From contig NZ_VWWL01000005.1 of assembly GCF_011752995.1 (NCBI RefSeq), forward strand, positions 57,484 to 89,483: a stretch of 32,000 bases of DNA, written 5' to 3'. The translations under genes and the position numbers were made by a program. Below the pieces are notes generated by a model. The model saw nothing but the letters and a program-made list of their open reading frames with translations. It was not told the origin of the DNA and did not search any database. Of this stretch, positions 24,788-32,000 are shown piece after piece. Position 1 is the stretch's first letter, and every line of letters starts with the position of its first letter. The stretch comes from Burkholderia sp. Ax-1724. GTDB taxonomy: Bacteria; Pseudomonadota; Gammaproteobacteria; Burkholderiales; Burkholderiaceae.

Positions 24788-26479
24788 ATGACTGACTACC
24801 TGACGGACATCAACCCGGTCGGGCTGAACTGGGTCGGGATATTCGGGCTGTTGATCGGTGGCCTCGCTCTTTTTCTTCTCGGTCTCGAGTTCATGACCGG
24901 CGGCCTGAAGGCGATCGCGGGATCGAGATTGCAGGCGTTGCTCGGCGTGCTGACCGCGAGCCGCTTTCGCGGTGTCGTGGCCGGCGCGGTCGTGACCGCC
25001 TTGCTCAATTCGTCGACGATCACGACCGTGCTGATGGTCGGCTTCGTTTCCGCCGGATTGATGACCCTGGCGCAGTCCGTGCCGATGATTATGGGCGCGA
25101 ACATCGGCTCGACCATCACCGCGCAGATCATCGCATTCGATGTATCGCGGCTCACGCCGTTCATGCTCGCGGCCGGCTTCGTGCTGCATGCGTTCGGCAA
25201 GCGCGAACTGCTGCGCGAGATCGGCCGCGTGGTGCTCGGGCTCGGCCTGCTCTTCATGGGCATCCAGTTGATGGGCGAGGCGACGCATCCGCTGCGCACG
25301 TTTCAGCCGTTTATCGACGCGATGCAGGATATGCGCAACCCGATCGTCGGCATCGTGGTCGGCGCGGTCTTCACGGCGATCGTGCAAAGCTCGGCGGCGA
25401 CGCTCGCGATCGTCATCGCGCTGAGCGGGCAAGGGTTGATGCCGCTCGAGGCGGCGATCACGCTGATTCTCGGCGCGAAGGTCGGTACTTGCGGCACCGC
25501 GCTGCTCGCGTCGATCGGCAAAACGCCCGAAGCGGTGCAGGTAGGCGTCGTGCATCTGGTGTTCAATCTGCTCGGCGTGGCGGTGGGGATTTTCGTGATT
25601 CCACAGATGGCGGAGCTGGTGCGCTACGTTTCGCCGTCGCATCCGGAGTTGCAGGGCGTCGCCCGGCTCGCGGCCGAAGCGCCGCGTCAGGTCGCGAACG
25701 CTCATACGATCTTCAGCGTGGCGAGCACGCTGGTGCTGATCTGGTTTACCGGACCGATCGCGCGGCTTGCGCAACTGATCGTGCCGACACGCGCGCAGGC
25801 GGCCAAGCCGGCCGGTGACCCGCTCTATCTCGACGCGTCTTCGCTGACGGTGCCGTCGCTCGGATTGCAGCGCGTGCGCATCGAACTGACGCGGCTCGGC
25901 GGACAGGTGCTCGATATCGTGCGACGAGGCTCGCAGACGATTTCAACCGGAACGATCGAGGAGATCAATCTGCTGCTGGATCAGGACAAGGAAGCCGACC
26001 GGCTTGCTGCGGAGATTCTTCACTATATCGGCCAGCTCTCGCAGGTTCAGCATTCGGAAGACGAAGGTCAGCAGATGGTCGGCTTCACGCAGGTGGCGAG
26101 CAATCTCGAGAGCATTAGCGGCGTGGTCAGCACGACACTCATCACGATCGGCCAGCAAAGACTCACGCAGCAGATCGATCTCGTGCGCCTGCGCGACGAG
26201 GCGACCGCGCGCTTTAGCGATGCCGTGATCCGCAATCTCGAACAGGCGATTCGCACGATCGAGGAACCCGATGCCGAAGAAGGCGCGAAGGTGATCGGCG
26301 CGAAAAGCGAAATCGAACAATTGGCCACGACCGCGCGCCAGGTCGTACTCGCCAGGCTTCAACTCGCGGATAAGGCCGACGTGGTGACATTCCGGCTCGC
26401 GATGGACCTGATCGAACAGGGCCGGCAGGTCGCACAGTTTGCGCGTGCCATCGTGAAGAACGTGGAAATGCTTCGTTGA
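24788..26479 (+). CDS. Na+/phosphate cotransporter family protein (NptA-like) with C-terminal PhoU-like helical domain
   Basis: 563 aa. The N-terminal half is polytopic with duplicated Na/Pi-cotransporter-type segments (GANIGSTITAQI; GAKVGTCGTALL). The C-terminal approx. 200 aa is a soluble helical repeat. Confidence 0.8.
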   Translation: MTDYLTDINPVGLNWVGIFGLLIGGLALFLLGLEFMTGGLKAIAGSRLQALLGVLTASRFRGVVAGAVVTALLNSSTITTVLMVGFVSAGLMTLAQSVPMIMGANIGSTITAQIIAFDVSRLTPFMLAAGFVLHAFGKRELLREIGRVVLGLGLLFMGIQLMGEATHPLRTFQPFIDAMQDMRNPIVGIVVGAVFTAIVQSSAATLAIVIALSGQGLMPLEAAITLILGAKVGTCGTALLASIGKTPEAVQVGVVHLVFNLLGVAVGIFVIPQMAELVRYVSPSHPELQGVARLAAEAPRQVANAHTIFSVASTLVLIWFTGPIARLAQLIVPTRAQAAKPAGDPLYLDASSLTVPSLGLQRVRIELTRLGGQVLDIVRRGSQTISTGTIEEINLLLDQDKEADRLAAEILHYIGQLSQVQHSEDEGQQMVGFTQVASNLESISGVVSTTLITIGQQRLTQQIDLVRLRDEATARFSDAVIRNLEQAIRTIEEPDAEEGAKVIGAKSEIEQLATTARQVVLARLQLADKADVVTFRLAMDLIEQGRQVAQFARAIVKNVEMLR

Positions 26480-26648
26480 GGTTGGCGTTGACGTTTGCGC
26501 TTGGAATAACAGTCAGGGTCCGCAGTTACCGTTAGCGATTGTCCGATGTGCGATGAATTGCCGGTAACCCCACAGAGATTCGCACCGCAGCAGCAGTAGA
26601 CTGCCTGCGTGTCATCGTCATGACACGCTTTAATGGAGCGTTGTTTTC

Positions 26649-26680
26649 GCCCGCCTCCCCTGTGCGGGCTTTTTTCTTTT
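26649..26680 (+). terminator. Rho-independent terminator
   Basis: Stem gcccgc (26649-26654) / gcgggc (26664-26669), loop ctcccctgt, then tttttctttt (26670-26680). It lies about 170 nt after the Na/Pi stop. A perfect 9-bp hairpin sits just upstream: gcgtgtcat-cgtc-atgacacgc (26607-26628). Confidence 0.65.
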
Positions 26681-26889
26681 CATCGCTATTGCGGCATGCA
26701 AAGCGCGGCGCATCGGGTTCGATAGCCGCTCATGGCGCATAGCGGGCATGAAATGAACGGGCGTTCATGGTGCGCCCACGCGCCGTGGCTTGCACAATAC
26801 GCAACGCTTGAGAGGATTTAACACACGTTGTGCCCGGAATTTGATAGCCTGTGTTGTAGCAGAGCATTGAACTCAAGGAGGGCTTCACC

Positions 26890-27162
26890 ATGATGCGGTG
26901 GCTTGCTAACTGGGCTTCACAACATGCTCCTACTCCCGAGAAACAGGCCGAGCGTGCGTTGAACAACTTGCGTATGGAGCTGTTTCAGGCCGAGCAGCTC
27001 GTGCTCGATGCACAATTGCGCGCCGATTATTACCGGGCTCGCCTGACCTTTCTCGAAGAAGTGACGAGAAAAGGTATTGAACAGGTGTCGGACGAACGCA
27101 AAGGTCCGCAGGAAACGACCCAGCCACTGAAGCCCGGGCTCAAGCTTACCGCGGCGCAATAG
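26890..27162 (+). CDS. Small hypothetical protein (90 aa), predicted helical/coiled-coil
   Basis: Strong SD AAGGAGG ends 9 nt before ATG 26890. Heptad-like helical stretch (ERALNNLRMELFQAEQLVLDAQLRADYYRARLTFLEEV). Sits in more AT-rich DNA. Confidence 0.5.
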   Translation: MMRWLANWASQHAPTPEKQAERALNNLRMELFQAEQLVLDAQLRADYYRARLTFLEEVTRKGIEQVSDERKGPQETTQPLKPGLKLTAAQ

Positions 27163-27364
27163 CCGGGTGAGATATCGGGCCGTTCTCAGTCGCGGCAGGT
27201 TGGGATACCCTCGTTCAGTACGCAGGGTAGGGGAGTGGCGCGACCGCTCAGAGGTTCTTGCGCGAGGCTTGATGCATGGCTTCGTGCAGGCTTCATGAGC
27301 GGCCGCGTTTCATCTTGCACGAGCCATGGTTTGCGCCGGGCAATCGCGCCCGAATGACGGGCGT

Positions 27365-27757
27365 TTAACTTGCCAGATCGGCCGGCAGCTTGCCGCCGTT
27401 GGCCGCGAGCGCCTGCATGACCTGCTTGTGCAGCCAGATGTTCATGCTGGCCGAGTCGTTCATATCACCGCTGTACTTCAGTTCCTGAGCCAGCTGCTTG
27501 CGGTGGTCGAGGCTGCTGTCGATGCCGAGCGCTTTCATCGTGTCGACAATCGAGGTGCGCCAGTTCAGCGTCTGTCCGCTTTCGCTGACGAGCTGATCCA
27601 TCACGGCGGCCACGTCGACGTCGGCGAGCGGTGCGGGGGTGTCAGGCGCGGCGGCTTGCGCGGCAGCCGGGTCCGGTGTCGGTTCCGCGGCGGGGGCAGG
27701 TTGGTCCGGCTTGGCCTTGCCGAACAGCTTATGCACGATGTCGCCAAAAATACTCAT
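27365..27757 (-). CDS. DUF3597 domain-containing protein
   Basis: Start is ATG 27757 (MSIFGDIVHKLFG), with GGAGA upstream. Pro/Ala-rich linker. The C-terminal LNWRTSIVDTMKALGIDSSL ... YSGDMNDSASMNIWLHKQVMQALAANGGKLPADL matches the remembered DUF3597 pattern. Confidence 0.8.
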   Translation of the reverse strand: MSIFGDIVHKLFGKAKPDQPAPAAEPTPDPAAAQAAAPDTPAPLADVDVAAVMDQLVSESGQTLNWRTSIVDTMKALGIDSSLDHRKQLAQELKYSGDMNDSASMNIWLHKQVMQALAANGGKLPADLAS

Positions 27758-27787
27758 TTCCAGAATCTCCACAGTTGAATGACAAAT

Positions 27788-27806
27788 GCGAGCGCGTGGC
27801 GCTCGC
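27788..27806 (-). terminator. GC hairpin downstream of the PEPM/ICL-family gene (possible terminator of the gntR-MFS-lyase operon, or 5'-UTR structure of DUF3597)
   Basis: gcgagcgc-gtg-gcgctcgc is a perfect 8-bp stem. On the minus strand it is followed by ATTTGTCATT, only moderately T-rich. It ends about 30 nt upstream of the DUF3597 start. Confidence 0.35.
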
Positions 27807-27932
27807 AGGACATGCCTTCGCTATGCTACGCGATCCGCGGAAATGAGGAGCGTGAATTTTTGTCAGCGATTGTTAGTGCCGGCTATCGGCAACGGCAATG
27901 AGCCGTGGTTGCTAGCACATCTCTGTGTATAT

Positions 27933-28805
27933 TTATTCGGCATGCTCACGATCGAATTGCCAGATCGCGGGAAAGCCCATCAGCTCGCACATCTGCGAGA
28001 ACGGATACATGCTGTTCTGTGCCTGCACGGTGCCCTTGAGTGCCTTGATCTGGCCGTAGACGTCCCGCAGTGCCTGCGCGGCAGCAAGAAATCCCGATGC
28101 CGGATAGATCGCAATCGAAAAGCCGAGCTTCTGCAATTCGGCGGGTGTCAGTTGCGGCGTGCGTCCGCCTTCGACGATATTGACGAGCAGCGGCGTATCG
28201 AACGTGCGCGCGATCGTCTCCAGTTCCTCGACGGTTTCCGGCGATTCGATGAACAGCACGTCGGCGCCGGCTTTCGCGAACGCTTCGCCGCGCCTCAATG
28301 CTTCGTCGAGTCCGAGCGAGGTGCGTGCGTCGGTGCGCGCGACGATCTGGAAGTTCGCGTCCTCGCGTGTTTCGGCTGCAACCTTGATCTTCTTCACCAT
28401 GTCGTCGAGCGCAATCACCTTGCGGCCCGGCGTGTGTCCGCATTTCTTCGGAAACTCCTGGTCTTCGAGTTGAATGCCTGCGGCGCCGGCGCGTTCGTAG
28501 CCGCGTACCGTGTGCGCGACGTTGAGCAGACCGCCGTAACCGGTGTCGCCGTCGCAGATCAGCGGCGTGCCGGTTGCGCCGCAAAACGCGGTGACGCGAT
28601 CGACCATGTCCGTGTAAGTGGCGAGACCCGCGTCGGGCACGCCGAGATAGGACGCGACGGTGCCGAAGCCCGTCATGTACAGGCAGTCGAAGTCCATCGA
28701 GTCCGCCATCTTCGCGGAGATCAGATCGAAGATGCCGGGCGCGGCGACGATTTCCGGTTGTGCAAGACGGCTCTTCAGTTGTTGACGTTTGCTCTGTGCG
28801 TTCAT
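27933..28805 (-). CDS. Isocitrate lyase / PEP mutase superfamily enzyme (methylisocitrate-lyase / oxaloacetate-decarboxylase / carboxy-PEP-mutase-like)
   Basis: 290 aa. ICDGDTGYGG, GIQLEDQEFPKKCGH (the K-K-C-G-H superfamily motif), IVARTDA and FIESP. Confidence 0.85.
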   Translation of the reverse strand: MNAQSKRQQLKSRLAQPEIVAAPGIFDLISAKMADSMDFDCLYMTGFGTVASYLGVPDAGLATYTDMVDRVTAFCGATGTPLICDGDTGYGGLLNVAHTVRGYERAGAAGIQLEDQEFPKKCGHTPGRKVIALDDMVKKIKVAAETREDANFQIVARTDARTSLGLDEALRRGEAFAKAGADVLFIESPETVEELETIARTFDTPLLVNIVEGGRTPQLTPAELQKLGFSIAIYPASGFLAAAQALRDVYGQIKALKGTVQAQNSMYPFSQMCELMGFPAIWQFDREHAE

Positions 28806-28860
28806 GCTGGTTCCGTTGATGACGATGAGTGTCCGTGATGTGTCGATTCAATGATCCGAG

Positions 28861-30267
28861 TCAATGACGTGACTCGGGGGCGACCGCTGCGCCGGCGAGC
28901 TCGGCATCGGTATCGAGGGTGGGCGGTGGCGCGATGTCTTCGAGCGAGCGCCGGTTCGTTTCGATACCGAAGAGCGCGAGCATCGCAGCCATGACGACGA
29001 GCACGCCGACGATGACCGAGAGCACGTCCTTGACGCCGCCCGTCGCATACAGGACGACCACGAGCTGCGGCGCGAGAATACCGGCGATGCGCCCCGCGCA
29101 ACCGGCGATACCGTTCGCGCGCATGCGGTTCTCCGTGGCGAAAAGCTCGGGAATATACGTGGCAATACCGAGCGCGACCAGCAGATACGTGAGCGTGAAA
29201 AGCAGAAAGCCGAGCACGGTGGCCGTCGCGACGCTCGTCGAATGTCCATAGAGCCAGCCCACCAGCGCGGCGATCAGCGCCACGGCAATGAGCCCGTTTT
29301 TACGGCCGATTCTGTCGGCAACCAGCACGCCGAGGAAGGCGCCGGTGGGACCGCCGAGCGACATCAGCGTGGTATAGCCGAGCGACGAAGCCATGCCGAG
29401 CCCCTGTTTGATCAGGAATGTCGGCACCCAGACGATAAAGCCGTAGATCACCACATTCACGCCGATCTGCACGCAGATCGCGAGTAGCGTGCGGCGAATC
29501 TGCGCGGCTTTGAACAGGTCGAAAAGTGTTGTGGAACGTGGCGGCGCGCCGAGCGCTTCGAGCGATGGCGCGATGGGAGGCAGTGCCTCGCCTCGCGACG
29601 ATTCCGCCTCCGCCGCGCGAAGAATCGCCTCGGCTTCCGCGTCGCGGCCTTGGGATTCGAGCCAGCGCGGCGACTCGGGCATCTTCTTGCGGATCACCCA
29701 CACAACGAGCGCGCCCGCGCCGACGAGAGCAAACATCGCGCGCCAGCCGATCGTCGGAATGATCAGATAGCCGATGAACGTCGAGAAGAACAGCGCCGAG
29801 TTCGTAATCAGCGAGAGATACGCGGACCACTTGCCGCGCACGGCGGGGGGAATGAACTCGCCGACCGAACCATAACCGACGACGATCTCCGCACCGAGCC
29901 CGAGGCCCATGAAAAAGCGGCAGACGATCAGCCACATCATGTTCGGTGCGAGCGCGCCGGCGATCGAGGCAAGACCGAAGATCGCGAGATTGAATTGATA
30001 GGTGAACTTGCGGCCTTTTGCGTCGCCGAGCAAACCGGCGGTGAACGCACCCAATAGCATGCCGACGAAGGTCGACGAGAGAAATGCCGCATTCAGTTGC
30101 ATCGTCGACCAGCCGCTTTTTGCCAGCGCACCGAGCACGCCGCCGGCCAGGTAGATATCGAACGAATCGAGAAACATGCCGCCGCCGATCAGCCAGAGAA
30201 TGCGCCGATGAAAACCGGAGATGGGCAATCGGTCCAGTCTCGGACCCGCATTCACTGTGCTCGGCAT
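28861..30267 (-). CDS. MFS transporter (metabolite/sugar-porter-like)
   Basis: 468 aa, about 12 TM segments. MFS loop motifs GDAKGRKFTY and ADRIGRKNG. AGGAGA 7 nt upstream of ATG 30267. Confidence 0.88.
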   Translation of the reverse strand: MPSTVNAGPRLDRLPISGFHRRILWLIGGGMFLDSFDIYLAGGVLGALAKSGWSTMQLNAAFLSSTFVGMLLGAFTAGLLGDAKGRKFTYQFNLAIFGLASIAGALAPNMMWLIVCRFFMGLGLGAEIVVGYGSVGEFIPPAVRGKWSAYLSLITNSALFFSTFIGYLIIPTIGWRAMFALVGAGALVVWVIRKKMPESPRWLESQGRDAEAEAILRAAEAESSRGEALPPIAPSLEALGAPPRSTTLFDLFKAAQIRRTLLAICVQIGVNVVIYGFIVWVPTFLIKQGLGMASSLGYTTLMSLGGPTGAFLGVLVADRIGRKNGLIAVALIAALVGWLYGHSTSVATATVLGFLLFTLTYLLVALGIATYIPELFATENRMRANGIAGCAGRIAGILAPQLVVVLYATGGVKDVLSVIVGVLVVMAAMLALFGIETNRRSLEDIAPPPTLDTDAELAGAAVAPESRH

Positions 30268-30318
30268 TTCACGTCTCCTGCGTCGTTATTCGACGGCTAT
30301 TCGTGTTGCGGCAACGGA

Positions 30319-31023
30319 CTACGGCAAAGGGTGTTCCCGTTGATAACGGTCGAGCACCGCTTTTTCGGCGGCCAGAATATGACAGCGGGTGATCGCTTCG
30401 GCCCAGGCGGCATGGCGGTTCTCGAGTGCCTGAACGATTTCGACATGCTGGCGTGCGCTATTCGCTCGGTGTTCGTCGTCGTAAGAGTCGAACGTCCACT
30501 TGATGAGCGGCGTTTCCTTCATCGACGTCAACGATCGCTCGAGCTGCGAGTTGCCGGCGGCCGAGGTGATGATCGAATGGAATTCGCCGTTGGCGGCGAA
30601 CCATGCATCGGTCGTTTCGGGTGTGGACGTGCGCCGCGTGATGGCGGACATCTGTTCGGCGAGCGTGCCGAGCCGCTCGATTTCGGCGGTGCCGATTTTC
30701 AATGCGGCACGCCCGGCGAGGAACGGTTCGATCAGAATACGCGCTTCGAATATTTCGCGCGCGTCCTGCAAGGACCACGCTTTGACCCGCACGCCATAGT
30801 TCGGGCGAATCTCGACCCAACCTTCGGCGCCGAGGCGGCGCAGTGCTTCGCGCACCGGCGTGCGGCTCACGCCGAGGCTTTTTGCCAGTTGTTCTTCGCG
30901 CAGGTATTGACCCGCGCCGTAGCGGTTTTCGGCGAGAGACTGTTTGATCGTGAGGTAGACGTCGTCCGGTGAGCGGGCCGGTGCGGCGTACGTTGTATGC
31001 AAAACACCGTCTTTCATGACCAT
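30319..31023 (-). CDS. GntR-family transcriptional regulator (FadR/FCD subfamily)
   Basis: N-terminal winged HTH (YLREEQLAKSLGVSRTPVREALRRLGAEGWVEIRPNYGVRV). C-terminal all-helical FCD-like domain. Start ambiguous: ATG 31023, ATG 31017 or GTG 31038; none has an SD. Confidence 0.85.
   Translation of the reverse strand: MVMKDGVLHTTYAAPARSPDDVYLTIKQSLAENRYGAGQYLREEQLAKSLGVSRTPVREALRRLGAEGWVEIRPNYGVRVKAWSLQDAREIFEARILIEPFLAGRAALKIGTAEIERLGTLAEQMSAITRRTSTPETTDAWFAANGEFHSIITSAAGNSQLERSLTSMKETPLIKWTFDSYDDEHRANSARQHVEIVQALENRHAAWAEAITRCHILAAEKAVLDRYQREHPLP
30989..31003. promoter_or_regulatory. Copy 1 of a repeated 15-nt motif TAC(G/A)TTGTATGCAAA (candidate GntR operator)
   Basis: tacgttgtatgcaaa. 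The 11-nt core TTGTATGCAAA is identical to copy 2. The TTGTATGCAA core is an 8-of-10 palindrome. Copy 1 lies within the first codons of the gntR gene. Confidence 0.4.
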
Positions 31024-31050
31024 AGTGAGGGAATTCACGAATCAGGCGGA

Positions 31051-31065
31051 TACATTGTATGCAAA
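31051..31065. promoter_or_regulatory. Copy 2 of the repeated 15-nt motif (candidate GntR operator)
   Basis: tacattgtatgcaaa, 62 bp from copy 1 and about 30-45 nt upstream of the possible gntR starts. Confidence 0.4.
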
Positions 31066-31488
31066 GTTGAGTGGTGGGCGCTTGGTGGTTTCCCTGGGCG
31101 CGTGGTGTGGCGTATCGGCGGGGTTCGCGGCAGCCACGCTGATACTTCCGAAAAGCCGGTTGCAGTCGTTCGCCCTCGCTGTCACACGTTCATTCGCGCG
31201 ACTGCTCCGCGTCAAACATGCATGCTCCTCATGCACGGACCATGTTGGGCTCTGCTGCTGAGGATGTATTTGTCTGCGCGATATCCCACACAACACACGT
31301 CATTTAGCTCACTGAAAACCCCACCGCCGTCGACCTTGCTTTTTCGTCTTTGCAAATTAACCTTCGGAAGGCTGGCCGTTCGGGATTGAATGAACTTATC
31401 AGGAGTGCGTTCCGGGCATCACCGAAGAGCCGCATCTCGTTACGTAAAGCAGGTCAGTCTCCTTGTTGAGCCGTTGTGGAAGAAACCA

Positions 31489-31507
31489 CATGAAATCGAA
31501 TTTCATG
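31489..31507. promoter_or_regulatory. Perfect 8-bp inverted repeat upstream of the right-edge ORF (candidate operator)
   Basis: catgaaat-cga-atttcatg, AT-rich, 56-74 nt upstream of ATG 31563. Confidence 0.3.
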
Positions 31508-31562
31508 TACCTGCAGATCCCACTGACTTTCGTGAAAGGCCCTCTCCTCAGGAACTCCGACC

Positions 31563-32000
31563 ATGCCCGACCGTGAAACAATCATCTCGGAGCTCACGAC
31601 CCTCGGCCGTGGCAAGCTCGAGAACTTCAATATGGCCGATCCGGAACGGCTCGCGCACGCCAGTGCATTGCCGGTCGAAGGCTACTCGCCCGACACCGGC
31701 TACTGCCACGGCGTCTGCCTGGACTGGATCCGGCGTGTGCTGCAGAACGGGCGGCCGTGCTTCGGCGCCAACCCGCAGCGTAATGCTGAGGAAGGCTACG
31801 ACTACTACACGCGGATGCAGGAGCAGGCCAAGCGGCAGGGGTATGCCTGGGCCAGCTTCAACGCGATCAGCGACCGCAATCTTGAAGCCAACAATGCGCT
31901 GATTGATCGCAACCAGGCCGACTACGATCAGGCTTACGACAAGTACCTCAGAGCGAAGAGGTTCCTGCAGGAAGTGAACTCGCAACTGGTTGACGACTAC
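31563..32000 (+). CDS. Hypothetical protein, 3' end cut by the window edge (first 146 codons); possible papain-fold cysteine protease/effector domain
   Basis: This ORF is not in the supplied track because it has no stop in the window. ATG 31563 is preceded by AGGA about 10 nt upstream and the frame stays open to nt 32000. My translation: MPDRETIISELTTLGRGKLENFNMADPERLAHASALPVEGYSPDTGYCHGVCLDWIRRVLQNGRPCFGANPQRNAEEGYDYYTRMQEQAKRQGYAWASFNAISDRNLEANNALIDRNQADYDQAYDKYLRAKRFLQEVNSQLVDDY. The composition is protein-like. The overlapping track ORFs 31390..31902(+) and 31548..31985(-) are Arg/Ser/Pro/Gly-rich, as expected for off-frame reads. Confidence 0.6.
   Translation, partial: MPDRETIISELTTLGRGKLENFNMADPERLAHASALPVEGYSPDTGYCHGVCLDWIRRVLQNGRPCFGANPQRNAEEGYDYYTRMQEQAKRQGYAWASFNAISDRNLEANNALIDRNQADYDQAYDKYLRAKRFLQEVNSQLVDDY

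Noticed and set aside
24770-25774. 334-aa minus-strand ORF
   Set aside because: It is antisense to the Na/Pi cotransporter. It is Arg/His/Asp-rich and hydrophilic with no motifs.
26743-27370. Similar 13-14-mers AATGA(A)CGGGCGTT at about 26752 and about 27353 flanking the 90-aa ORF, considered as insertion-element ends or target duplications
   Set aside because: They are too short, in direct rather than inverted orientation, and without any transposase or integrase. The second copy is explained by the hairpin cgcccg-aatga-cgggcg after the DUF3597 stop.
31390-31985. Track ORFs 31390..31902(+) and 31548..31985(-)
   Set aside because: Both are Arg/Ser/Pro/Gly-rich, off-frame-type translations. 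The third frame (ATG 31563, open to the window end) has normal composition and an SD-like site. It is preferred.
1-32000. Search by eye for CRISPR arrays, tRNA/rRNA genes, IS elements, integrases, phage genes and known defence-system hallmarks
   Set aside because: None was seen. There are no regularly spaced repeats, no cloverleaf-like or rRNA-like stretches, and no transposase, recombinase, nuclease or helicase motifs in any credible frame. The MoxR/VWA genes are better explained as an mxaRSACKL-type maturation module than as a defence system.

Overview
High-GC, densely coding chromosomal window. The PhaB and CbbR-like sequences look Burkholderiaceae-like from memory; this is not a database result. 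I call 32 protein-coding genes, two of them cut by the window edges. I saw no rRNA, tRNA, CRISPR array, transposase or integrase. All calls rest on reading the supplied translations and the DNA by eye (motifs, remembered family sequences, start/stop geometry, SD-like sites). No similarity search or computation was run.

Layout:
(1) nt 1-11058: a methanol-dehydrogenase locus. It holds a 5'-truncated XoxF-type PQQ dehydrogenase (DYDG Asp signature), a c-type cytochrome, a MoxJ/XoxJ-like periplasmic protein and an unknown secreted protein. An AhpD-like CxxC protein and a CbbR-like LysR regulator follow. Then comes a six-gene MoxR / DUF58 / membrane / VWA / TPR / VWA operon in mxaRSACKL order, chained by four ATGA overlaps.
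(2) nt 11145-19847: an organosulfur block. It holds an SfnG-like FMNH2 monooxygenase, a divergent TauD-family dioxygenase with a NitT/TauT-type ABC transporter, and a sulfotransferase. It also holds a signal-less SBP56 (methanethiol-oxidase family) protein coupled to a His-bearing 6-TM protein.
(3) nt 19859-26479: a DUF1479-like protein divergent from an AraC regulator, an orphan Sfp-type PPTase, an unknown 156-aa protein, PhaB, and a Na/Pi cotransporter with a Pho-box-like site upstream.
(4) nt 26480-32000: more AT-rich, patchier DNA. It has a candidate sRNA/3'UTR with a clean intrinsic terminator, a 90-aa coiled-coil ORF, DUF3597, and a GntR-MFS-PEPM/ICL-family operon with a repeated 15-nt motif.

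At the extreme right edge there is an open reading frame absent from the supplied ORF track because it has no stop in the window. It has a GYCHGVCLDW motif that may mark a papain-fold cysteine protease/effector.

The observations most worth follow-up are that right-edge ORF, the XoxF plus mxaRSACKL-like arrangement with its unknown secreted partner, and the SBP56/membrane-protein pair.
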